Assembly: GCA_037142615.1 (NCBI GenBank)
Contig: JBAXAI010000003.1
Span: forward strand, 64,001-128,000
DNA from: Spirochaetales bacterium
GTDB lineage: Bacteria > Spirochaetota > Spirochaetia > JABEVK01
Direction: 5' to 3'
Length of the DNA: 64,000 nt
In this document: positions 39,458-48,673 of the stretch, one piece after another
How positions within the stretch are numbered: position 1 is the first letter of the stretch
Layout of the letters: each line of letters opens with the position of its first letter
Made by a program: the position numbers and the translations under genes
The notes under the pieces: generated by a model
Database searches by the model: none
Told to the model about the DNA's origin: nothing
Seen by the model: the letters and a program-made list of their open reading frames with translations, nothing else

Positions 39458-41981
39458 ATGAGTCAAGAACTGGGACTTGGAGTGGCAACGATCTTCATTG
39501 CACTCTATCTGGCAGTGATCGTTACCGTGTCGGGGTTCCTCCACGCGGCACGGGGTCAGGCGCGAAACGTCACCGGGGCTTGGCATGCGGCCAACCTGTT
39601 CATGTTGGGTGGAACGGTGGTCAACGGCCTGAGGCTGTTGTCCTTTCTCGACCCGGCGCCCTTCGTTTTGGTCTCCAACCTGATGCTCCTGCTGGGCTTT
39701 CGAATGCACGTGACCGGACTGGTGCGCCTGCTGGACCAAAAGACGTCGTCGGTTGCCTCGGCTGCTATTGTTGCGGTAGCCACCTTGGGAATCGCCTATT
39801 TCACCTTTGTCTGGGGCTATCAGTAGTTGCGGGCCATGCTTTTTTCGCTGGCGATGCTGGGCCTCATCGCTCTTGCATTCGCCGCGATATGGCGCTCTCG
39901 CAAGGGCTCCTTGGCACCAAATCTCTTTCCCACGGTTCTTTTTTATGCGTTGTCGGGCCTCCTCTACCTCATTTGGAGTAGCTTGCCGCTCTGGAGCGGC
40001 CCAACCACCGATCTCCGCGCCGTGATTGGCCTACACAACTCGGCCTATGGTCTGTCGGCAACGCTGATCCTTACCGGCCTTACTTTGTCAGAGTTCCTCC
40101 TCCTTTACAGCCAGTCGCTCCTGCGGGAGCAGACAAAATCCACCCTTCTGACTTCGTTGCTCGATACAGTACCCGACCTGGTCTGGATGAAGGATCCGCA
40201 GGGAGCCTACGTTGTTTTCAACCGTCGACTCGAAGAAAGCATGGGCCGCAAGGCTGAGCAGATCCTCGGCAAAACCGACTTTGAGTTGATTGGACACGAG
40301 CGAGCCGTGGGGGCTGCCGAGTTGGACGCAAGCGCGATCGCGTCGGGAAAGTTGGTCAAACGGGAAGTCGAGGTCCTATTCCTGAACGACCAACACACAG
40401 AAATCCACGAGATCATCAAGGCGCCGGTGAGATCTCCCGACGGGCAATTGCTGGGGGTTCTCGGTTTCGGCCGAGACATGACCGAGCGCCTGCGGTCCGA
40501 GCAGGCTCTAAAAGCGAGCGAAGCGTGGTTTCAGGCGCTCATCTACCAGGCTCCCCTCGCAGTGAGCATCACCCAAGGGAGCACCATCCGGCATGCCAAC
40601 CGAGTTTTTTCTGCTGTGCTTGGGCTTCCTTGCGACGAGTCACTGACAGGTCGTTCCATCTTCGAGTTCTTGGCAGAGTCCGCACACGACGCCGCCAGGC
40701 AAATACTGAAGAGCTTCGAGTCGGGCGAAGCGCACGCGGTCAGGTTCGAGACTCAGGGACAACGGCAAGATGGTTCTGTCTTCCCTGTGCTCATCCATGC
40801 AGCCCTCGTGGAGTTGCCGGGAGAGGTCGCGGTCCTATCGTTCATCCAGGATCTCACCACCGAAAAGCTCGCCGCCGACCGCGAGGCCCAGCTTCAGGAA
40901 CACCGGGTGCAAGCACAGAAGATGGAGAGCCTGGGCAGCTTGGCCGGTGGGATCGCCCACAACATCAACAACACCTTGGCGGCCATTCTGAATCTGTCCT
41001 CGGTGTCGCTGACCCTTGTTGGTGAGGGGTCGCCCGCAGCCCGGCACCTAAACACCATCATGCGCGCAGTCGAACGCGGGGCCAAGACGGTAAAGAGCCT
41101 ACTCGGCTTTGCCAGGCAGACACCGCTCGAGCTCGTAGCGATCGACCTAGAGAACCTGATTCAAGGTCAAATACAGCTTTTGCAAGGAATTATTCCAGCA
41201 AATATTGAGCTCAGGGTCGTACTTCTTCCAGGCGTACCTCCCATTTTTGGGGAACCAGCCACGCTTTCGACAGACCGCCCTGATGAACCTGTGCGTGAAC
41301 GCCCTTGATGCCATGCCCGAAGGAGGCACGCTGACGCTCAGCGCGAAAAAGCTTCCCGACAACCGCGTAGAGGTGGTGGTCGCCGACACCGGCATCGGTA
41401 TGTCGCCCGAGATTCGCGCGCGTGCGCTCGACCTGTTCTTCACCACCAAGCCCGAAGGAAAGGGCACGGGCATGGGGCTCGCACTGGCTTACTCGACGGT
41501 GAAGGCCCATCGAGGCCATTTGAAAATCGAGAGCACGCAAGGGCAAGGCACGCGCATTCTCATGACGTTTCCGTCCGGCCCAGCGGTTCGTGCCGGTCGT
41601 CCTAGCGAGGCGGAGTTGGAACAGTCCGCCCGGTCGTGGAAGATTCTGGTAGTTGATGACGACGAGCTCGTGCGGGAAGCTCTGTGCGAAAGCCTGCGCT
41701 TATTGGGGCACGAAACCGAAGACGTCGAGAGTGGCGAGGCCGCCCTGGCGAGAGTTCGCGCCGGAGCCCGACCCGACCGTGTGATCCTCGACCTGAACAT
41801 GCCCGGGCTCGGTGGCCGAGGCACCTTGCCCCTCCTGCGAGAGTTGCTGCCGACGGTCCCAGTGGTGCTATCGACGGGTCAACAGGACCCTTCGGTGTTG
41901 GCTCTCGCCTCGTCGATGACGCAAGTGGGCCTGCTTCCCAAGCCCTATTCCGTCGCACAGTTGCAGGAGGCTCTGAGATGA
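39458..41981 (+). pseudogene. Membrane hybrid sensor kinase (TM-PAS-PAS-HisKA-HATPase-REC), disrupted
   Basis: In-frame TAG at 39824-39826 and frameshift at ~41270; LAGGIAHNINN, ALMNLCVNALDAM, FFTTK, GTGMGL, ILVVDDD, LDLNMPG. Confidence 0.85.
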
Positions 41982-42314
41982 ATCGCCTTGGCGATGGGAA
42001 CCCCTTCCAGATCTTTCGCGGGTCGACCGTCGAGACCCAGCCTTGGGCCCCAACAGTACCACCTCAAGGCCGGGAAGAGTCAGGGCCGCTGGTGTCCATT
42101 CCAGCACAGGCTTTTCGAGCTTGAGCCGCTCCTTGCTCACCAGCATAGCGGTCTCCCAAAGAGTGATCGCAGCCAACCGCAGGCCCTGTGTTTTTTGCGC
42201 GTCAGCGAGCCCCCGCAGAAAACTCGGCCGTGAGAGTTCGGAGTCCTGCCCCAAGAGCCTCACCCAGATGTGCGTGTCGAGTACCCACAGCCTAGCAGTG
42301 TCAGCGGTCGGCAT
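41982..42314 (-). pseudogene. VapC/PIN toxin remnant
   Basis: VLDTHIWV...AITLWETAMLVSKERL; C-terminal DPADR motif lost or frameshifted. Confidence 0.7.
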
Positions 42315-42496
42315 TCCACGCCTCGCCAGTACCGAGAAGCTCATCCTCCCAGCGGACCGTCCCGGCCAAGTAACCGTAGGCGGGCAACTGGTTTGCCCCG
42401 TTTGGTGACGACCACCGACTGACCGCTCGCCGCAACCTCGTCAAGAGTTTGGAGGCAACGTGCCTTGAAGTCAGCGGAGCCATAAGGTATGACCAT
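42301..42496 (-). pseudogene. Phd/YefM antitoxin with internal deletion/frameshift
   Basis: MVIPYGSADFKARCLQTLDEVAASGQSVVVTKRGKPVARL, then the native-like tail YGYLAGTV...GEAWNADR is in another frame; TATGACCAT/ATGGTCATA operator IR at 42488-42529. Confidence 0.75.
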
Positions 42497-42545
42497 ATAG
42501 TTTCCTTGTGACTATATCTCATGGTCATAAGGTGGCTGAGTCAAG

Positions 42546-42740
42546 CTAGGGGTTCCTGAGGTCCGCACCCCGGGCTTTCGCGAGGAATACCAGCAGTCGC
42601 AGCTGCTGCACGAGGGCCCCGCCAAGGGTTTGCTTCAGCGATCCCGGCTTATGGTCGACAATATCCAGACCGTCTCTGCCGACACCACGATGGCAGCGGT
42701 CAACCGCGCTGTGGCGCTTCGGTTGGGGTTCCCGGGCTAA
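42546..42740 (+). pseudogene. Collapsed relic of a mazE-mazF module
   Basis: GVPEVRTPGFREEYQQSQLL fused to GPAKGLL..SRLMVDNIQTVSAD|TTMAAVNRAVALRLGFPG*, matching the intact module at 43338-43873. Confidence 0.8.
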
Positions 42741-42745
42741 CCCCG

Positions 42746-43034
42746 GCGCCCCCAGGTTGCCAAGAATCACCTTGCCGGTAGGAGCCCAGTCACGGGCTTC
42801 GACCCAGACCTTTTCGGCCAGTTCCAGATCCCCTTTCTCGAGCAGCTGGTAGGCGTAGGCGGTCACCATGCCGGGATCGAGCTGGCGGATTTTCCAGGCT
42901 TCTTCAAACCAAGCGAGGGTTTTGACTTCGTCTTTGCGGGCAAAAGCGCGGTTGGCCAGAAAAAGGAACACCACCCCCCGGCGAAAATACAGCAGGCGCC
43001 CCAGCAGGGCAGCAACAATGAAAAAGATGTCCAT
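42746..43034 (-). pseudogene. Internally deleted diverged copy of the TPR gene at 35652-36419
   Basis: FLFLANRAF.RKDE.KTL.WF...WKIRQL.PGMV..YAYQLL joined directly to EKGDL..AE.V..EA..W.P.GKVIL.NL. Confidence 0.85.
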
Positions 43035-43092
43035 GGGGGTTTACTCGCCCCGACCTTTGTCGGCAACCGGGTGCGAGTGCTATGGTAGTGGC

Positions 43093-43278
43093 ATGACACT
43101 GGAGTTTGAAGGCGAGGCCTTTGGCTGGCGCGGACCGGCGCCCTATCTGTTCGTGGCCATGCCCGAGGAGGCCAGCCGCCAGCTGAAATCGATGGCGGCT
43201 ACCGTCACCTACGGCTGGGGTTGCATTCCCGTGGCGGGGGACATTGTGCCGATCAGGTTGAGGATACTGGGAGCGTGA
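43093..43278 (+). pseudogene. DUF1905-like protein with internal deletion
   Basis: MTLEFEGEAFGWRGPAPYLFV...VTYGWGCIPV|AGDIV; the middle of the domain is missing. Confidence 0.6.
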
Positions 43279-43290
43279 CGACGTCGCCTC

Positions 43291-43329
43291 TTGACTGCAT
43301 TGGCGTCAGGTGCTACGTTACATGTAACG
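43291..43329 (+). promoter_or_regulatory. TA promoter with palindromic operator
   Basis: TTGACT-17-TACGTT; perfect palindrome CGTTACATGTAACG (43316-43329). Confidence 0.7.
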
Positions 43330-43337
43330 GAGTAACC

Positions 43338-43550
43338 ATGGGCAAATCAACGGTTGAGCGAGTTCAGCGCCATCGCGATTCCCTGCGGGAGCGCGGTCTT
43401 CGGCCTATCCAGCTTTGGGTTCCCGATGTCCGTACCCCCGGCTTCCGCGACGAGTGCGAGCGACAGTCTCAGTCATTGCTGGGCGACACGGCCGAAGCCG
43501 GTGAACTCGCGTGGGGCGAATTGGTCGCCGAGCATGACGATTGGAAGTGA
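43338..43550 (+). CDS. MazE-type antitoxin (DUF3018)
   Basis: RVQRHRDSLRERGLRPIQLWVPDVRTPGF. Confidence 0.85.
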   Translation: MGKSTVERVQRHRDSLRERGLRPIQLWVPDVRTPGFRDECERQSQSLLGDTAEAGELAWGELVAEHDDWK

Positions 43551-43873
43551 CACGGGGAAATCTGGTCACGGTGGTGGTTCCTGGGGAATACGGCAAGCCA
43601 CGCCCGGCGTTGGTGGTGCAGTCAAACTACTTTGCCGGGCACCCTTCGGTGAGCATTTTGCCGATCACCAGCGAGTTGCGCGACACCCCCTTGTTCCGGA
43701 TCGCTGTGGTTCCGGGCCCCGCCAATGGTTTGCTGCTTCCATCCCAGATCATGATCGACAAGCTCCAAACCGTTTCCGCTGACAAAGTGGGCCTAGTGAT
43801 CGGCAAGCTCGACGACACCACAATGGTATCAGTTACCCGCGCTGTGGCGCTTTGGTTAGGGTTCGCGGGCTAG
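43547..43873 (+). CDS. mazF: PemK/MazF toxin
   Basis: RGNLV, GEYGKPRPALVVQS, PITS, NGLLLPSQIMIDK; alternative TTG start at 43541. Confidence 0.9.
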   Translation: MTRGNLVTVVVPGEYGKPRPALVVQSNYFAGHPSVSILPITSELRDTPLFRIAVVPGPANGLLLPSQIMIDKLQTVSADKVGLVIGKLDDTTMVSVTRAVALWLGFAG

Positions 43874-44084
43874 CGCTGGCTCACTTTGCCATCGAGCGAG
43901 AACACTTTTCCCAGCCCCGAGTAGCGTAGGAGCCCAACCAGTTGTCCCGAAGCTTTGGCCCGGGGAACTTGGTAGAACTTCGTCAGCGAAGAACAGCCGA
44001 GGTCTGTCCCTCCCGAACCCGCTCCCAAAACCGAACCCCTTCAACGGTGAGATCAGGGCGACGGTGCCGACGCACCTTACGCCC

Positions 44085-44109
44085 GGAGTTTTCGGTTCCC
44101 GAAAACTCC
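44085..44109 (-). terminator. Hairpin downstream of ychF
   Basis: GGAGTTTTCG-GTTCC-CGAAAACTCC perfect 10-bp stem. Confidence 0.5.
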
Positions 44110-44131
44110 AGTCAACCGGTCAGCCACTGGG

Positions 44132-45229
44132 CTATACATTGAATCTGAAATGCATGATGTCGCCGTCTTGCACCAAGTATTCCTTGCCCTCAATCCGCAG
44201 CTTGCCCTTGAGGCGGATTTCGGCCTCGGAGTGGTGCGCCATCAGGTCGTCGAAGTGGTACACCTCGGCCTTGATGAAGCCCTTTTCGAAGTCGCTGTGG
44301 ATGACACCGGCGGCTTGGGGCGCGCGGTCGCCGTTGTGGAAGGTCCAGGCGCGCACTTCGGTTTCGCCAGCGGTGAAGTAGGTGCGCAGGCCCAGGGTGC
44401 GGTAGGCGGTGTGGATGAGTTTGGCCAGCCCGGATTCGTCCATGCCGGCTTCGGCGAGGAACATTTCGCGGTCTTCCTCGGTGTCGAGGGCGGCGATGTC
44501 GGCTTCGAGCTTGCCGCACAGCACCAACAGTTCGGCCCCTTCGGCGGTAGCCACCTTGCGCAGGTCGGCCACGTAGGCGGGCTCGGTTTTCAGGCCGTCT
44601 TCGTCGACATTGGCCACGTAAATCATGGGTTTGAGGGTGATCAAAAACAGGTCGCGCACGGCGGCCTTTTCGTCGGCGTCGAGGCCCAGACCCCGCGCCG
44701 GCTTGCCTTGGTCGAGCCAGGCCTTGAGTTTTTCGAGCACGGGCAACTGGTGACTGGCTTCTTTGTCTTGCGCGCGGGCGAGCTTTTCGACCTTGGGAAT
44801 GCGCTTGCTCACCGACTCCAGGTCGGCCAGAGCCAGCTCCAGGTTGATGATCTCGCGGTCGTCGAGGGGATTCACGCGGTTTTCGACGTGTTCGATGTCG
44901 GCGTTCTCAAAACAGCGCACCACATGCAAAATCGCGTCGACGTTGCGGATGTTGGCCAAGAACTGGTTGCCGCGGCCCTTGCCCTGGCTGGCACCTTTCA
45001 CCAAACCGGCGATATCCACAATCTCAACCGTGGCGGGCACCAGCTTTTGCGGCGGAATGTACTCGGCGATCTTTTTCATGCGCACGTCGGGCACGTCGAC
45101 GATGCCGATGTTGGGGTCGATGGTGGCAAACGCGTAGTTGGCGATCAGCGCCTCGGCCCGCGTCAGCGCCGAAAACAGGGTGGACTTGCCCACGTTGGGC
45201 AGCCCGACAATACCGCAGTTAAGACTCAT
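44132..45229 (-). CDS. ychF: Redox-regulated ATPase YchF
   Basis: GIVGLPNVGKST, VDIAGLVKGASQG, YFTAG, IHSDFEKGFI, FRFNV. Confidence 0.97.
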   Translation of the reverse strand: MSLNCGIVGLPNVGKSTLFSALTRAEALIANYAFATIDPNIGIVDVPDVRMKKIAEYIPPQKLVPATVEIVDIAGLVKGASQGKGRGNQFLANIRNVDAILHVVRCFENADIEHVENRVNPLDDREIINLELALADLESVSKRIPKVEKLARAQDKEASHQLPVLEKLKAWLDQGKPARGLGLDADEKAAVRDLFLITLKPMIYVANVDEDGLKTEPAYVADLRKVATAEGAELLVLCGKLEADIAALDTEEDREMFLAEAGMDESGLAKLIHTAYRTLGLRTYFTAGETEVRAWTFHNGDRAPQAAGVIHSDFEKGFIKAEVYHFDDLMAHHSEAEIRLKGKLRIEGKEYLVQDGDIMHFRFNV

Positions 45230-45439
45230 GGGCGCGAGTGTAGCGAAAACGAGGCAGCGGGGGGAAGCCCCCCTGGCTCGCGATGAGGGAGGAACTGCTC
45301 TACCACCTGATGCGCTCGCAAAGAATCGGGTTCTGCGACAGGTTTGAGATTGAGCGAGTAGAGGAGGGAATCAAGCCTGCTGTGGACCTGTTTGTGGATG
45401 AGACGGGCCGCTGAAGAGACATTCCTGTTGAGAAGGGTG

Positions 45440-45841
45440 TCAGGGTTCTTGCACCTGAAGGTCACGGAAGTACTCCCGGTAGTAACCTCGGTCGCGCGCT
45501 AGCAAACAGTCTGCGCAGAACCTTGCATGGGCGGCCACGAGGAAGTCAGGGACAACCCGTTTTGAAGTGCCACGGTTCCTGAGGTAGGCTTTGTAGGTCG
45601 TTCCGGCAAGGTGTGCGGCCTGTTGTGACGAGGCGACAAACTCCAAGCCGTTGTCAGCCAGGAACTCCGCCACTTCGTCGGCGCTGGCCAGAATCGGGCC
45701 CAGTTCGGCGACCACGGTTTCGCCAACCACCAATCGCCCACGCAAACGGGCTTGGCGCAGGGCCTCCTCCGACGCCTTCCCAAAAACTGGGTCGTCGAGA
45801 AGGATGTCGAGCAACACCGAAGTATCGACGGCAGTGGTCAT
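45440..45841 (-). CDS. VapC/PIN toxin
   Basis: AVDTSVLLD, VVAEL, VPDFLVAAHA, LARDRGYY. Confidence 0.88.
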   Translation of the reverse strand: MTTAVDTSVLLDILLDDPVFGKASEEALRQARLRGRLVVGETVVAELGPILASADEVAEFLADNGLEFVASSQQAAHLAGTTYKAYLRNRGTSKRVVPDFLVAAHARFCADCLLARDRGYYREYFRDLQVQEP

Positions 45842-46062
45842 TCCCGGGTGCTCGCCAGATAGTCGGCTCCCGAGGCAAAGCCTTCGGGTAACTTGCCCCG
45901 ACCGCGCCACCGGGCCGCTGGGTCCGATGCGGAGCGTTTTTCGAGCATCAGGCGCCCATCCACCTCGGTCACTTCCAGCTCCGCACCGGCCTTGATGCCC
46001 AAGCTAACACGAAGCGCTTTTGGAAGTGTGATCTGCCCTTTTTCGGAAACGACGGTTTTCAT
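45838..46062 (-). CDS. AbrB/MazE/SpoVT-family antitoxin
   Basis: VSEKGQITLPKALRVSLGIKAG; ATGA overlap with the toxin. Confidence 0.9.
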   Translation of the reverse strand: MKTVVSEKGQITLPKALRVSLGIKAGAELEVTEVDGRLMLEKRSASDPAARWRGRGKLPEGFASGADYLASTRE

Positions 46063-46068
46063 ACATTC

Positions 46069-46097
46069 ATGGTAGGAATTCCTACAGTCCAGGTCAA
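46069..46097 (-). promoter_or_regulatory. vapBC promoter with operator
   Basis: TTGACC-17-TACCAT; palindrome GTAGGAATTCCTAC (46072-46085). Confidence 0.7.
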
Positions 46098-46186
46098 GTG
46101 ATGGTTCGCCGCAAGCTCGGCAAGTAAAGGGCCACTCGCGCAAGCAAAACCTCGTCAATCTCTGTTAGGGAAGGTACAATGGAGGC

Positions 46187-46795
46187 ATGAGGAACATGGG
46201 AATCCCCGTACGAAAGACCGACCAGCATTACACCTACCGCGACTACCGCCAATGGGACGAGGACGAGCGGTGGGAGCTTATCCACGGCGTGGCCTACAAC
46301 ATGAGTCCGGCACCGAGGATCCCGCATCAGGGGATCTCGGGCGAGATTCATCGTCAACTGGCAAACTTCCTCAAAGGCAAACCGTGCACGGCCTTTCTGG
46401 CGGCGGTGGACGTGTTCTTTCCGCCGTTGCGCGAAATGGACGAAGATGACGTGGACACCGTAGTGCAGCCCGATGTGCTGGTGGTCTGCGACAAGACCAA
46501 GATCCGCAACAACGGCATCTGGGGAGCACCCGACCTCGTGGTCGAGATTTTGAGCAAGTCGACCAGCCGAAAGGACCAGCACGAAAAGTTCGACCTGTAC
46601 GAGCGCGGTGGTGTGCGCGAGTACTGGATCGTTGATCCCAACGGCATGTGGCTACAGCAGTACATCCGAGAAGCGAGCGGTAAGTTTGGCGTCGAGGTCA
46701 CCTTCGAAAAGACCGGCAGACCGGCCAGCACCGTGCTGCCGGGGTTCGAACTCGATATGGACGAGGTGTTCTTGGCCGGCGAACTGGGAAATTGA
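46187..46795 (+). CDS. Uma2-family endonuclease
   Basis: WELIHG, MSPAP...HQ, QPDVLVVC, APDLVVEILS, GVREYWIVDP. Confidence 0.92.
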   Translation: MRNMGIPVRKTDQHYTYRDYRQWDEDERWELIHGVAYNMSPAPRIPHQGISGEIHRQLANFLKGKPCTAFLAAVDVFFPPLREMDEDDVDTVVQPDVLVVCDKTKIRNNGIWGAPDLVVEILSKSTSRKDQHEKFDLYERGGVREYWIVDPNGMWLQQYIREASGKFGVEVTFEKTGRPASTVLPGFELDMDEVFLAGELGN

Positions 46796-46804
46796 GCTCG
46801 GAGG

Positions 46805-47668
46805 CTAGGTTGCCAAATCCAGCGGCAAATCTGAAATGTCCTTCAGTCGCTTTCCACCGATCAGGATATCGAGCATCGACAAGGCTTCGTCATTGTTGAG
46901 CTTCTGGGCCGCTGCGACGAGTTCGTACAGGGCGAAGTGATACACGCAGTCCATGTCGCCAGTGCCCAGGGCAATCGAGGACAAACGACTGGGCGTCGGT
47001 TCTCCCGTCACCAGCACGATGTGCGGTGTCCGGCCCTTTCGGTTGCGAATCAGGTTCAGCGCCTCAGAACGGGCGTTCTGGGCACGATCGCTTCGGAGCG
47101 TCCACTTGGTGGAGACGCTCGCATGGAGGAGCGGGAGTTTGCCGGGGCCGTCGCGCAGGTCAGCCGCCTTGGCGACATCGCCATCGACCAAAAAAGTTGA
47201 GCGGTTGAACTGATCATCCGTGACCAGTTCGCGGGCGACGATGATGTCGGGTGAGATCGAGTACTCGTTCCCCAACGAGGCCGCGAGGGCCTTGTTCTTC
47301 GAGAGGACGTCGGCGATCTCGCGGAGGTGGCTATACTGACCGAACTGGGAGATCTCGTTGCCATTACGGCTTCCCACCTGAAAGATCCGCCAGCAGCCGG
47401 GCCGAAACTCGGAAAGTGCCGTGAAAGACTCCTTAAGGAAGGCTTCCACAACCTTCTCGAAGTTGTTGCCCATGTTCTGTCCCGCAGGTTTCGCCTTTTC
47501 CTTCGCACCAAGTGAACGGGCGACTTCGAGTGCAAGAAAGCGGGAGGAGTTTTGGCTCGCATCGGCGTTGGTGGCGATGCCGTCGGCAATGCTCAGGACC
47601 GATTCACACAGGGATAAGTGAAAGTTTCTTCTGGCTTGGGCGATGATCGATTCTTTGGTCGTCGGCAT
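46805..47668 (-). CDS. NgoMIV-family type II restriction endonuclease
   Basis: YSISPDIIV, LHASVSTKWTLRSDRAQNARSEALNLIRNRKG, SIALGTGD, DLPLDLA. Confidence 0.88.
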   Translation of the reverse strand: MPTTKESIIAQARRNFHLSLCESVLSIADGIATNADASQNSSRFLALEVARSLGAKEKAKPAGQNMGNNFEKVVEAFLKESFTALSEFRPGCWRIFQVGSRNGNEISQFGQYSHLREIADVLSKNKALAASLGNEYSISPDIIVARELVTDDQFNRSTFLVDGDVAKAADLRDGPGKLPLLHASVSTKWTLRSDRAQNARSEALNLIRNRKGRTPHIVLVTGEPTPSRLSSIALGTGDMDCVYHFALYELVAAAQKLNNDEALSMLDILIGGKRLKDISDLPLDLAT

Positions 47669-48590
47669 GTTCGAGAGCCTCCCGGATGGATTGAGCGACT
47701 GCGGCGGCAACGGGTGGCGGGAACGCGTTGCCCACTTGTCGATAGGCAGTGGTCTTGCCGCCAGTGAACTTCCACTCGTCGGGGAAGCCTTGCACTCGGG
47801 CCGCCATCCTCACGGTGAGTCTCGGATTGCCTTCAAAATCTGCATCAGGCGCGGTCTCGGCAAGACTGCTACCGTTGACGCCAAGCTCCAGCCACGCCTT
47901 CCGAGCGCGGGTGGGCCCAAGATCTGGCCCACCATGCTTTTTGCTGCCGCCAACAAGAGTTGGGGCAATGGTTTTGGCTCCAAGCTTCCAGTCTGTTGCG
48001 CTCTTCCACCCCCGCGACTCCATCAAATCAAACAGCAATTCACCCACGGAGGGCGGTTGCTGCGAGAGTTTGTCGGGCCATCGAAAGTGCGCAAAGTCCG
48101 CGGGCCGCATAGCCACCAAGATCACCCGAGGACGCAACTGGGAGACACCGAAGTCGGCGGCGTAGTGCAGCTTCCACTCCGATTCGTACCCCATCTCTTT
48201 GAGGCGTAATGAAATATGCTCACGATAACTCTTGAACTTCGGGTCGAGCAACCCTTTGACATTCTCGAGCATGACGGCGCGTGGTTGGCACTCTGAAACC
48301 AAGCGCAGGGCCTCGGGGAACAAGTCACGTTCGTCATCGACACCGAGCTGTTTCCCAGCCATCGAAAAAGGAGGACAAGGAACGCCGCCGGCGAACAAGT
48401 CGATTCCTTCGTAGCGGTGGGCCCGAAAACCCTTGACGTCGCCTTCGATCACGTTCCAGTCGGGCCGGTTGTATTGCAGGGTGCGGCAGGCGTCGGCGTC
48501 AATCTCAACCAAGGCCAAGTGCTCGAAGCCCGCGCGCTCCAGCCCCAAGGCCTGACCCCCGGCCCCGGCGCAAATCTCTACTGATGTCAT
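47604..48590 (-). CDS. C5 cytosine methyltransferase (M.NgoMIV/M.NaeI-like, predicted GCCGGC)
   Basis: ICAGAGG, GGVPCPPFS, ENV, QLRPR, TLVGGSKKHGGPDLGPTR target-recognition domain, RQVGNA. Confidence 0.92.
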   Translation of the reverse strand: MTSVEICAGAGGQALGLERAGFEHLALVEIDADACRTLQYNRPDWNVIEGDVKGFRAHRYEGIDLFAGGVPCPPFSMAGKQLGVDDERDLFPEALRLVSECQPRAVMLENVKGLLDPKFKSYREHISLRLKEMGYESEWKLHYAADFGVSQLRPRVILVAMRPADFAHFRWPDKLSQQPPSVGELLFDLMESRGWKSATDWKLGAKTIAPTLVGGSKKHGGPDLGPTRARKAWLELGVNGSSLAETAPDADFEGNPRLTVRMAARVQGFPDEWKFTGGKTTAYRQVGNAFPPPVAAAVAQSIREALEHADDQRIDHRPSQKKLSLIPV

Positions 48591-48673
48591 CGCGTCCTCC
48601 GGTATCCGTTGTTGGTCAGGATACTCAATCTCCCTAACAGCGACAACCTTGGCTTTGCTTGAGCTTTTGCGCC

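Noticed and set aside
9849-41981. Genome-wide TAG reassignment
   Set aside because: Many intact genes end in TAG at expected C-termini (e.g. 12140, 14859, 16904, 24100, 63714), and the kinase also has a frameshift.
42546-43034. 162-aa ORF as a functional gene
   Set aside because: Chimera of a deleted TPR relic and the antisense of the mazEF relic.
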